Source of the DNA: Trichoplax sp. H2
Taxonomy: Eukaryota
Assembly (NCBI GenBank): GCA_003344405.1
Contig: NOWV01000141.1
Coordinates: forward strand, 124,001 to 188,000
DNA length: 64,000 bases
Direction of reading: 5' to 3'
Positions 25,410 to 37,928 of this stretch are shown here, one piece after another (position 1 is the stretch's first letter; every line of letters begins with the position of its first letter). A model generated the notes under the pieces. The model saw nothing but the letters and a program-made list of their open reading frames with translations, made no database searches and was not told where the DNA came from. The translations under genes were made by a program, and so were the position numbers.

Positions 25410-26600
25410 GATGTTATCATCGAGCTGTAGTTATAGCTATTAATTGGAAAATTATACCGGTAAATAATTTTTTCCTCTAGTAATATATTGTGAATCCTAT
25501 AAATTACATTTATGCCTTACTATACACGTCTTTTTTAATAGGTACTATTAGACCGGATGCTGTATATTGTATGATTACTACCGGATCAGCTATCTGTAAA
25601 TTAATAAACGATATTTACGGCAGTTTTTATATCTAGTACCAATTATCATCTCTGTCATGGTGTACTTTAGTCGATTATTGAAGTAAAATAATATAGACAG
25701 AGTATTAAGCAAAGTTATATTATGACGATAGATGAAATGATCTGGAGATCAATTAGATAAATCTTCTCTTGAGTCTACGAAGCTTCTAATGCTTTATGTA
25801 AAGCCAGGGGTTCCGTTACTATTTTTGAACACTAGCATATAGCTGCTATTAGAAAAATTACACCTGTATGCACTTTTTCCTCCAGTAATATGTTGTAGAT
25901 CTTATCAATTAAATTTATGCTTTTATTATTTAAACATTTTTTAAAAGTACCTTTAGACCTATTGCCATATCTTGTATTAGTACTACTGGATCAGCCTGTA
26001 AATTAATAAATGACATTTACGGCAGTTTTTGTATATATTTAGGACCAATTGTCATGCGGTAATGGTGTGAATTAGTCGGTTATTAAAAATTAAACAATAC
26101 AGGCAGGGTATTAAACAAAATTATTTCATGGTGATAGGTGATAATTATTTAGATAGCTATTAGATAAATCTTCTTTCGAGTTTATGAAGCATTTAATTCT
26201 TCATGTAAAGCTAAGGATTTTGTAACTCTTCATAGACAGCAGCCTATAGCTATTATTACTAAATCATATCGGTTATGTTTTGTTTTCTCTACTAATTTTG
26301 TATGGATCTTCCAATCCTATTTATGCGTATATACGCCTTTTTTGTTTATGTATCTTATGAAAGTAACAATACACCTGTTGATTGTTGCTATATCTTGTAT
26401 AAGTAGTACTACTACTGGATCAACTACTTGTAAATTAATGAACGACATTTATGGCAGTTTTTATATGTAATTAGGATCAATTATTATCTCAGTAATGGTG
26501 TAAATTAGTCGGTTATTAAAGTAAAGCAAGATATTAAAAACAAAATTACGAGGACTGCTATCTATGACTGTAGCTAGAAACGATTATTTGGCAACCATAA
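25410..26600. repeat. Degenerate tandem triplication, ~405-430-bp unit
   Basis: tgtaaattaat.aa.gac/gatattta.ggcagttttt at ~25595, 25997, 26430; ttagataaatcttct at ~25753, 26160. Confidence 0.88.
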
Positions 26601-29600
26601 GTGTTTTTTTCTCTAGTACCTATCATGACTCATGTCATACATATTGAAGCCTTAATATAAAAGTGCAGTTCTATCAGACCAGCTACTAGTGCATTAATGA
26701 ACAAAAATTTCGTAACAAAGATATCATAACTTTGTATTAATGGAATTAGCATTGGATAGAAAAGTTTACTCATGGAACTGGCAGTTGATCAGCTTTCAAT
26801 TTTTTAAATTAAACAGATCTTGTCTCAATATTCAATTCTTATTTTTAAATTGCCCTGATTAGATATTTACATTAACATATCATCAAAGCTCATTTTTGGA
26901 TACTTTGTATGAAGATGATTTAATTATAGTAATCTTGGCAAAGTTCTAGACCGTAGGCTAATCGTTTTATGCACTACTGATATAAAATTTCAAATGTAGG
27001 GCAATCATAGGGCACAAGGTAAGGCCAATACATAAACTTCTTCTAATCTACCGAGTTTTCATTTCATCGTCAATCATGATAACTCGATAGACGTAAGCGA
27101 AAGAAGAAAGTTATATCTAACATTTAAATGCTTGCCTTGTTCATTGATAAAATAATTCTGAACGATGGCTCTATTCTAAATCCAATCGTTCGATCAAATT
27201 ATCATTAAAAAGAGAGAAAATGATGAAAGATAGCTTTTGAGTTGTATTTGCTTATTCTTAATCTCTTGTCATTCTTTTTCTGTATTCAATCATAAACCAA
27301 TTAATTGCTTGTAACTTCCAATAGCCATTTTAGTGATCGAATTGCCATCAAAGAAATTATTGTCTAGCCGACGATGTTATTCATTCAAAAACTTTGATTT
27401 AAAAGCAATAGCTTAGGTGCTGAATAGATGGGAAGCCAGTCAAGGATTGTTTTCACTCTATTGATGGACTAATTCAATAATAGTCATCATTCTGCAAGTT
27501 AATTACCATTTGATTAACTCATGGATATGTAAGGGCAAAAACTTTTGTAATCTAAACAATACGTAATAGCCAACAACAAGCCTTTACGTTTACAATAAGT
27601 TGCTTTAAATACAATATATACTAGATCATTGTCTCTTTCTGGCCGATAAACAAGGTGTTAGTGAAATCCTGAGGGAACTTTTAATATTTGTTTTACTTTT
27701 TCTATCTTCGTCTGATTCGATTCCAAGATAGAATAAGATAGTTGTTGCACAACAGTGTTCCCTTTTGCTTTATTATTAGATTACTTATATCTCGGTAATA
27801 ATAATTTATTACTGATGAAGCTAATTTAATACTTGTATTCATCTGGCTATCTGCAGAGAATCATCTTTATCTAATGCTATCCTTGGTTAAACAAGGAGCG
27901 CAATCAACATTTTAGATTCGGTAAATAAAATCAAGTAAAAGTGTCATTTTTCACCCTCATTCGATGTATTTGTACTAATTAGATTAGGAAGAACTTTCAT
28001 CATTGCTATGAGATGGATTCTAATCATCGCTGACGTTTACCTTTGTGTCTGATTTTAAAATTTTGACAGATAAAGCTAATCAGAAATTGTGGTGTGGTCA
28101 TCAGAATTGTAAATTTTAAAAACCAGCGCCTATAGTCGCGGCTAATCACCAATATACAGGTGCGATAATCATTTATCTGGTACTGGCAGTCAGAAAAAAT
28201 TAGATTATCGGAGCTTTACTATGCATACCTACAAATTGATTTCATTTTATCTAAATAGTATGCAAAGCTAAATAATCTATAGAGTTATTCATAGCTAAAT
28301 TCCGTGAAAAGGTACACTCATAATCTCATTCTGTCATAAAAATTATTCTAGCCAAGTAAAACCCTTTTAGCGCATATTAATGCTTGCGATGTATTCTATT
28401 TAGATAAACTTCGTATTCAGATGGGGTCCTAAGTTAGTTTATTATAATTACCCATATCTTAGTGGCATAACCCAATTAGTAACTATGTAGTCCTCGGTAC
28501 TAGCCTATAAAAGCTGACAATTTGTAAGTTAGGTCGTCCCGTGAAGAATATTTTAGTCAACTTTTTTTAACTGATATTGATTTTCAGGAATACTATACCA
28601 AAGCCTGTTTCAGTAAAGCAAGCATCGAGAAAGAATAAATTATTATGACTCGCGTGATCTTGTAGCTATAATACTGCTCAAAATTAGCCATTGTAAAAAC
28701 TTCTATATAAATACTACATAAACAATGACGGAATTATATTATTAGAAACCTCAAGGGAGGAGAGAAATCCCGAAGCGCTGATATTGATTTCCTGAGCATA
28801 CACACAGAACTAAAGTACTACTCTTAGCAGTTAGAATAGTAAAGTAGATAATTGTTATTTTCTGATATAATCTTATAGCAAGATAGTGCAAATTATTCAG
28901 CATTAACTGTTATGATATAGCATAGTAATAGTGAAATCAATAACAGTACGCGTTATTTTTGAAGACTAGCAAATTGGAAGAAATTATGAGCAGTAGCTAT
29001 TGATTTCTAAAGTATATTATTGCTAAAAATACAATTTTTAAACATAATAATGCTAGATTAGTTTGCATGGATTTGTCATAATGTAATACGCAGCTGATCA
29101 TAATTAGCAAACATTTGGTTATATAAAATATTAAAGTGCTATAAATTAATTAAATTATGCCATGGTGAACTCAGTAGTTGCAGTAAGATTTTTACCACCA
29201 AATTAAAATTAGCTGCATTCAAAGTTAAAATTTTAAAAGGGTATGGCATACTTCTTTCCGATCTTGTTACGTAAATAAGACAGAGTGCGGGTATAATGGA
29301 TTAATTCTTGTAAATATTAATGAATTATTATAGTTTACTTTTCTTCTCTTGCACGACAATATTAAAATTGAGATCTTATTTTCAATATAGTTTTAAGTTT
29401 AGCAAATTAGCGCACATAACGTGGGTTAGAATCCCCTTTAGATTTAAGAATTGGCAATTCTGAAAATTTTTCGACCTTATCTGCTGTGTACACTTTCATC
29501 TTACAGATTATTCAATTTATTCTGATGTGTCTTTATTAGATTGTGCAATAATTATTATATGTAAAAATCCTAATGCACGAATATGATTCCAATGAGTAAA

Positions 29601-29986
29601 ATAGTTGCTAGTCTTTTTTTAATTTTTTATCTTCACGTATTTTAAAGTTTATTCTTTATCGATCGATATTAGACTTTTGCGATGATCATTACTGTATATC
29701 ATTCCTGATGTACGATATGACAGTATTAAAAAATTACTAACAGCGGGACATTTTCTAAATGTTTCTTATATATTTTCAATTAGATGAGATTGCTAACTGA
29801 GCCAATGCTGAAGTAGTCTGCGTCTGTTATAGAAATCTTTTACGACAAATAATTTTTAAAAATTATTTACTTCACTGATACAGCTTGTACTCTTTTGTTA
29901 CTTTAAAGATTATCTGTCGCTCTATCTATCAGATGTACTTATCTAGTCACAATCAAGTCAAGAATTTTTTTTTTGATTGAAATAGG

Positions 29987-32900
29987 ATGGTGGAGAAATT
30001 ATTATACCGCTTATCTGAATTCGCTAATAATTTTACATGTTGCGGGGTATTAAGTTATAGCAATATAGAACTAATAGCAGTTGAAAATTGATATCCTATT
30101 ATCAATCTCACTTGTTGTAATTCTGCTTATATACTGTAGCTAAATACGATAACTCAATCTTATGTTATTGTACAGTGTTACCTAAGTTACGTTGCTTCAA
30201 ATCGTACGATCCTATTAGGTACTAAGTAAGCCTGAAAAAAGGCGAGAGAGTCAAGCAGAAGAAGTAATGTTGCTTCGTCCAAGAAGTGCAAGTAGAAGTT
30301 CTAGTGTTGATACGTTGAATGAAATAGATGATTATCCACCGCAGACGGTAACCTAATTAAAAATCATTTATTTTTTGCGGTTAAAATAAGATTAGCGATT
30401 CATTTGTTTGTTATCATAGAACATTCGCTAAAAAGGATTCATATTCTATTTCGATTATCACTCTACGTAGGAAATTACTCTAGTTTATAATAAAGTAGGC
30501 AAGAAACAATGTGACGGCCATTATAGCCAAAATTTGATCATACGCTACGATGGGAAAGCCTTTGTTTATAAAGTGTGGAATTTTCGTGTACGTATAACAT
30601 ATGATATTTAGCTGAATCTCAGGCTGTTTTAGGAGTAACCAAAAGACGTAATAAGTTCTTGCTCCTGATATTCATTATATTTCAATATGACTATCTAATA
30701 TTTTTATGCGGCGAATGTTTAATACTAATAAATTGAGATTAATATCATGCTAATGAAATTAAAGAATGCAGAAAAACTGAGATAAATATTGCTTTTACAG
30801 CTAGATGATTGCAAAGAGACGAGAACAGCCGTTAGGAAGCTGATTAGGTAATAAATTATCCGTCGCTATAAGTTATGGCTTTTGTTTTATTGCAGCTGCT
30901 GTTTTTATCTGAATATACAGGCTAAAACATGATAATATTTTAAAATCCTATCGGTACTATCGCTATCCTGGAGGCGTATTGGAGTGTTATTTCGAACATA
31001 CTTTAAGAGATCATATTAAGGCTCAGGTATGTCATAATAATAATAGTGCCATAAAGTGCCAATTTTAATACTCTGTAGTAATTGCCATTTCCTTCATCTT
31101 GACTTTAGCAATCAAAAAAAATCTTCCTAAATTCACAACAACGCTATCAAGTTCTTACCGATATATTAAATGGCTTGGAATATTTACATGATCATGGTAT
31201 TGTTCATGAAAACTTAACCACGTAGGTGTAGGATTGATTTAAATCTGTCATAATTCGTTGTAGAAGTCCATATGATAAGAAGTCGAAGTTTTTGTTTTAA
31301 GGTGGTTTGAAATCAAAATTATCGCTAAATAATTCATTCCCATCTAGACCAAATTAGCTAATCGTATACCTTTAGATATGTTGCATGACTGCAAAATATT
31401 TTATAACGATAAAATCATAATTGCATTAGGTACTATAAATCCGCCTTGCTCTATCTGTATAAATTACTCAAATTCCATTTTATTCTATCTTAATTGTTTG
31501 TAGAAAGAATATTTTGATTACGAACACTGGAGAAGCCAAATTAAGCGATTTTGGATATGTTAGCTTATTTCAAACGAAGTTAGCACTATCCAAGAAAGCA
31601 TTATATCACCATCATAAAATTGCTTATATGTGCCAGGATGCTCTAAATGGCCACGTTGGCAAGAAAAATGATATTTATAGCTTTGCAATTGTATGTTTTT
31701 GATTTTTGCAATTGTTACTGTATAGTCATTTCAATTATTTTAGCTTAGAATTATAAGAAACACTTTATTAAAATTAAAAATTTAATATTAAAAGTTTAGC
31801 GTTAAATTGATTAATAGGTTGCCACCGAAGTTATATCAGGAAAGCAAGCTTACGATGCCTTTAGGATCCCCCAATATCTGGTATGTAAGAGATTATACTT
31901 AAATCATACAGCCGATAATCATAATTGTATGATGTACCGAACGAGACAGTTCTACAGAATTTCTTTAACTGCTTTAGTAGATAGTTGAGTTTAAAACGTA
32001 AAGTAAAAATAATAATTAATATAAAATATGGCAAATATGATTAATATCAGTACTAATAATGGCTCAATATCAGTAATGTTGGCAGTGCAACATTAATATT
32101 GTTTATAATTTATGGACTGAGAAAACAGTCAGTTCAAAGGAGATAAAATTATTTCGTTCACTAAGAATTTTATGTAGTGCCACTCTAGAAAATATTATAA
32201 TTCATTTAAATAAGGATGAATCTTAAATCTAGCTAAAAAAAACTATGTAAAATATTAATTTTGAATTAAATCTAGCCTTAGCTAGCTATCTAGTTTTCAT
32301 TTTTTTATCGATCACATGACGAAATTTATAAACAGCAAACTAATTATGTTCACTGTTAGCTTGTTCAACTTGACTGAATTTTTATTGAGTAATCAAGTTA
32401 CCCAAGTTTGGAATGATTACAATGTTAACATTCATCAATATTAAATAATCTGGAGTTTACAAAATATTTATATCTTAACTTAATAGCGTGATTGGCTAGC
32501 TAACGAAAAATACTGGAAACATCTGAACGATAAACGTCTTGGCTCACGTCATCAGGAGAAAAAGTTGTTTTCCACTTCTATTTCTGGCAAAACTTTTCGG
32601 GTTGAATTGCTAGAAATTTGTAATAAATGTTGCAGTGAACATGCTACGAATAGGCCTTCGCTGGTGGAAGTAAGATACCGAATTCATATTTAATTAATCG
32701 ATTAATCTTAATTCTCTCTATTTAGTGAAAAGTGTTGACTTACCTATGCTATCTATACATATATTCTATAATACCGTACACTGTAAATGACGCAATGATT
32801 AGAAATGATAATAATGATAAATACTTTGCTTTGTAGAAAAGAAAATTTAGCTAACTTCACTCACTTGCATCCTTTCAAAATGCAATGCCTTATTAGTTAA

Positions 32901-33168
32901 TAGTATTTAGAATCATACTATATTTTAGGTATTTGTGAGAACTTCATCTAAGTTGAAACACACTCTTAAATCTAGCTTCCAATGTGAGATCAATAGGGCG
33001 ACGAAAATTATAGAGGTATTAAGTTTAATAATTTATCATTTGTAATAGGTTAAGACCGGTTTTGCTTTACTCAAGATGAAGTATACCAAAGGCAAGCAAC
33101 CTTTGGTACTTTATGAGAAATGGGAAGGGATGAGAACTAAACTAAATCACGTCCTAGGACGACAATGA
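29987..33168 (+). CDS. PK4: Pelle/IRAK-like pseudokinase, ~370 aa, N-terminal Cys-Cys
   Basis: Exons 29987-30046 (MVEKLLYRLSEFANNFTCCG), 30231-30347, 30471-30587 (CDGHYSQ; FVYK), 30801-30847, 30921-31026 (LKHDNI), 31109-31221 (GLEYLH..VHENLTT), 31504-31690 (KNILI..KLSDFG..DIYSFA), 31818-31880, 32487-32669 (CC..NRP), 33049-33168. The first two exons are less certain. Confidence 0.85.
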
Positions 33169-35654
33169 GTACATAAGCTTATAGGATGACGGATAATTAT
33201 ATATAAACTAATAATAAATTATATTTTAAATTGTTTATTTGAGAAATCAATTAAATATTTTTATGTACTGATCGTAGGTAGAACAATATAAATTGATAAC
33301 GACTACTTTTCTAGCCAAGCTAGAAGCTAAAATATGTGCTATAGTATCGGTCAGACGGCACTTAACCAATTGATTAATCATGCTTATTATAGTACCGTTT
33401 CTATACGATCATAAATGATCAGAACTTCGGAGGAGATAGAAAGTTTTCGTTTTATTAACATTCATTTCTATAGACTGTCTTGGCTCCTCGTGTATTAGAA
33501 CTTTCCATAAGATGGTAAAAATGTTAAAAATTTTATTTCTATAATATAGCATATAGGTGTTTCCCTTTTTATACTAGAAATTATTTATGATTTTGATATC
33601 CTTTAAAGATGCTAACGATAACAGTACTAATTTATACGTACAGTATCATCGAAAAACAGATGCAATTTCCCCATACTTTCACTGTGTTGGATGTTTAGAT
33701 TGACTTTACATTTTATTGATGGACGTGCAAATTAAAACTTCAAAGTGGATGCTGTAACAAATGTGAGAGTTAATACAATATTTGATTTTATCATTAGAAG
33801 CCGTGGACTTCTTTAAAAGTCTATCTGTGAATTCATTACTGATCTTTACATGATCGCATACTTCCGCTTGGAACTACTTATCTTCATACCCTAGTTGTAC
33901 GTACGAGTATTACGCTTAAATTTTATTACTAAAATATAATTTTTGGGGGGGTGTATCCAGTATTTATAAGTACAGCATTTATACTCGTTATATAACTATT
34001 ATTTACAATCCGTACATAAATATATATAATTTTTTCATAATTTTAAACTATTTCACGGTACTTACTCATCAATGAATGAGTTCATTCTATCTATGCACCC
34101 ATGATATGATCTTTATGCAACAGTAAATGTGGATTTTATTTACATCTTTCTATATCTGTAACTTATTAGCTGACAAGCAGGTATCAATAAATAGCGTTTA
34201 GTTTTTAAATAGTGTTTTGTTGATATTAAAAGCATTGCCAAATGAATACGTACTGTTTATAGTATTTATGATAAAGGCTTGTTATCACACTGAGAAAACA
34301 ACGCGAATAATATGAAAGATCATATGGTAGATTAAAATTTCCTGCTGTTAATTGTACGTATGTTTACTAATGTCTCTAGTATAGTATACCGTATATGCTT
34401 AGTTTTTACTGGCTTTGGATTAAGAAAGTTGATATCTTAGAATTAATCGATATTCCACTTAAAAAATTAATCCTAGCTAGTAGGATGGAGTCGTTATCAA
34501 ATCTGCACTATTTAGGGTAATTGTAGATTGCATGAATTTTGGCTAAGATCGTACTTTATTCAAGCTTATAAATAGGTAAGTCATAGAAATATGAATTGAG
34601 ACAAGATTTAGGTATGATTCTTAAATTAATTTTTGATTAAGAGCTTTCAGGGATATACTCTATTTATATGTTTAACGAACAAAACGATAGTGCAAAGAAT
34701 GTCTGTATAAAACATAAATTGATATGGAATCCAGCGTATACGTTACTGAGCCTTACTCTAAGAACCAATGATTTGAAGTAAAGCTGAACACTATTACAGG
34801 ACTGTTAACCACAGTATGCAGCCTATTGATTATCTGTTCAAGAGATCAATGATTCTAAAGCTAGTAGAACTATGTAAATGCATATAAGGCATATTGAAAT
34901 CAAATATCCTATTCCTCAGAGGCTTTTTAGAATTCTATAACCATATTCTATCAGAATTTTCAATTGCTGTAAATATTGGTGCCATTTAACGTTTAAAGTT
35001 AAAATCAATGTTCCAACAAAATGGTAAATAAAAGGTTATAATTTGATTCAAAGCAACTTAATTACACGATAAACAGGTGTTATGGAATTTAAAATATCCA
35101 TTTCCTGTTGCTTAAAATATTCCAATATTGCTGCAAGTGTTGCACCAGTAAAACTTATCCTTTAAGCTCAGTCAATCTGTAATTATAATTAATACTAAAG
35201 ATCTTAGCACATTATTGCTGAAGGACTCTTTCAATAATTAAATATAATATCATGAATTTTCACTGTTAGTTGGTATGTTTCAAATATTATACCATAAATT
35301 CCGATCAAATAAGTTAATGATACAGTAACGAACCAGTCTAATATTTAGATTAAAATAACATCATACAAAAAGATCTTTTCCTAGCAACTTCAAATGCTAT
35401 GTGAAATGATACCAGTCAAATAAACTGGATTGCAGTAATTCTTATCTGCAAATAGTTGATTTCTTCAATCCATGATTTAATGCGCAGCATAAACACATCA
35501 ATTTATAAGTTTAGTATCTATTTTGAACATCATTTTTAGTTATAGAAGGTAGATTTAATGTTAGCAATTTATTTTACGTCATGATGTTTGCTGATTAGAA
35601 GTCAAAATTTAGATGTAAATGTAGAGATAAAAGACGGGTTTGCACGTTAGCAGA

Positions 35655-37928
35655 TTAGACATCTGTAGTATACAGTGCAAGATCTGGTGATTCTCCTGGT
35701 GTCATCGGACTCGTTTGTCCTGCTGATTTAGTGTCATTCGTTGATGCTTTATCTTGAACTTTGGCGGAATTTTTATTTATAGCATTTTTCTCTTTAATAG
35801 ATTTAGCATCATCCGTAGGTGATTTATCTTGTACTTTCGTGGAGATTTGATCATCTATGAAAAAAATCTTTAATTGGCTCTTTTCAGGAGGTTTAGCATC
35901 TATATTTATATTTTTTGCTGTAACAGGCGCCGAAGCCGGCCGGCGTTGTTTTTTGCTTGATGGTTTCGTAGGTCTAATATTAACTGTATCATCTTTTAGA
36001 ACGATAACCTTCTTTAAGTTTTTATTTTCGTCCTGTTGTGTAAAGGATGTAGTGGAAGAATCTTTACTCAATTTATCAACATCCAAGTGCTTGATGAAAA
36101 CCTCTAAATCTTCACGTATCTATTGAGATTAAATAATATCATGAAAAGGCTGTTACTTAAAAAATTTGGCATAGGTACTTATAAGCGATGGCTATATTAC
36201 TATACCTCATCGATGTAAGGTCTATTACTTTTGATATGTAAACATTTTTCTGCAATTTCCAATAATCCTGATACACATTTGGCTGGCCATTTAATCTTCT
36301 TATCCGATGGAAATGGAAGTTTTCTTTCTTTCTTTTGAAAGTAAATATCACTCTACAATTTGTTAACGTTCAATTCGAAAGTAAAATTTGATGCAGTAGA
36401 TCTGATAATGTTAAAAGGATTGAATAGGCTACATAATAGCTAATTTACCAGCATATGAGGTGATCTCTTGGTTGAATATGGCAGAAGAATTGATATAATT
36501 TCCAGTACCAGCTAAGTGCATAATAAAAGGACACAGCAATCATTATGTTAGTAAGTTTAATTTTAGTACAGTATAGTGGTGATATTATCTTAACTCTAGT
36601 ACAATTGAAACATAGTAAACAATTGATGGTAAGTAATACTTACAACACCAAATCCGTAGACATCATACTTTCTGGAAACTACTCCATATTTGGCTTCAGG
36701 TGGCATATAACCATGAGTACCACAAGCTTTGAAGGCAGTAGCACAAATCGACTCTCTTTCTATGACTTGAACTGATCGTGCTAATCCAAAATCAGATATT
36801 TTCGCCTTACGATTTTTATCGAGAAGGACATTTCCACTAGGATAGCAATTTTATGTGTTTAGTAATGAAATTTGGGGGAATATTTAATTTATATAGCCTA
36901 CAACATAAAATATTACGATCTATATCATGAAAATTTTGGTACCTGCTGATATCTCGATGAACTAATGCCTTTGAAAACGCAGTATGCAAATATTCTAAAC
37001 CTTTAGCGGTACCTAATATTATATCTATTCTTTGTGTAGCAGTAAGAATCTCGTCGGCCTCCTATAGTTAATATTTGAAGTTACTGAGATAGACTGCTAT
37101 TGAAAGAGCTTAACTTTATGATTCTCGTACCGTAGCTTCCAACGAATTTCTCAAGGGACCCAATGCTGCAAATTCTAAGACCAGGCAAACGTTTTTCCGA
37201 TTATAGCCATATAATCGAATTAAGTTTTCATGTTGGAATCTACGTAAATCGTATTCAAGGGTGTTTAATTTTATCAAGACGAATAGTCTAGTAGAGTAGC
37301 CGTGACAGTCTGCAATGAAGGCAATCATCTTACCGTACGAGGGAAGACAGTTCTTTCTTAATGACTGCAGCAAACTATAAAAAATAGCAATATGAGAATA
37401 AATAAATTTAATTCATTAAGCAAATAATACAACATCGGCATTCTAATAACGTTAGTTTTGCAATATTAGCCATATTCGTAATTATCCTATGGAGGTATCT
37501 GTAGCAGACAATTTCTAAGGTGTATTGTGATAAAGGAGCTAACAGGACAGATTGATTTCAAACAAGCTGGCACTAGAATCAGGGACTATTGCTGGAATGA
37601 TGTCGGTTATTAAACATTTGTGCATGCAAGATGAATACTTACTTCAGGTTTTAAGAATTTAATGGCTACGATTGTGTCTTTCAATTTTCCACGATATACT
37701 ATTCCAAAAGAGCCTTTACCAAGGAAGTTAGCCTCACTACGATTGTTTGTAGCCATCTCAATATCCTAGGGGATTCAAAGATACTTGATTACTTGTCATA
37801 TTGGCAACGATAACAAAACTTTACATAAGGTCTTATTGATTTTCTCCATATGATTCCAGCAAATACCTTACCACCAGAATTAATACTTACTTCGTCACAG
37901 ACTTGTAAATCTTTATCTAGGCTACCTT
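35655..37928 (-). CDS. K5: catalytically intact Pelle/IRAK-like Ser/Thr kinase with a long low-complexity C-tail (5' end unresolved)
   Basis: Minus-strand exons 37891-37928, 37643-37765 ([24 protein letters not shown]), 37334-37374 (KKELSSL), 37131-37239 ([12 protein letters not shown]), 36943-37061 ([17 protein letters not shown]), 36644-36836 ([30 protein letters not shown]), 36449-36511, 36206-36352, 35655-36119. ATNN and GTxGYMPPE are typical of Pelle/IRAK/RLK kinases. Confidence 0.9.

Noticed and set aside
35857-36126. Plus-strand hydrophobic 89-aa ORF and similar antisense ORFs (4798-5004, 18880-19104, 44318-44500, 46230-46481, 53868-54071)
   Set aside because: Antisense shadows of real exons on the opposite strand.
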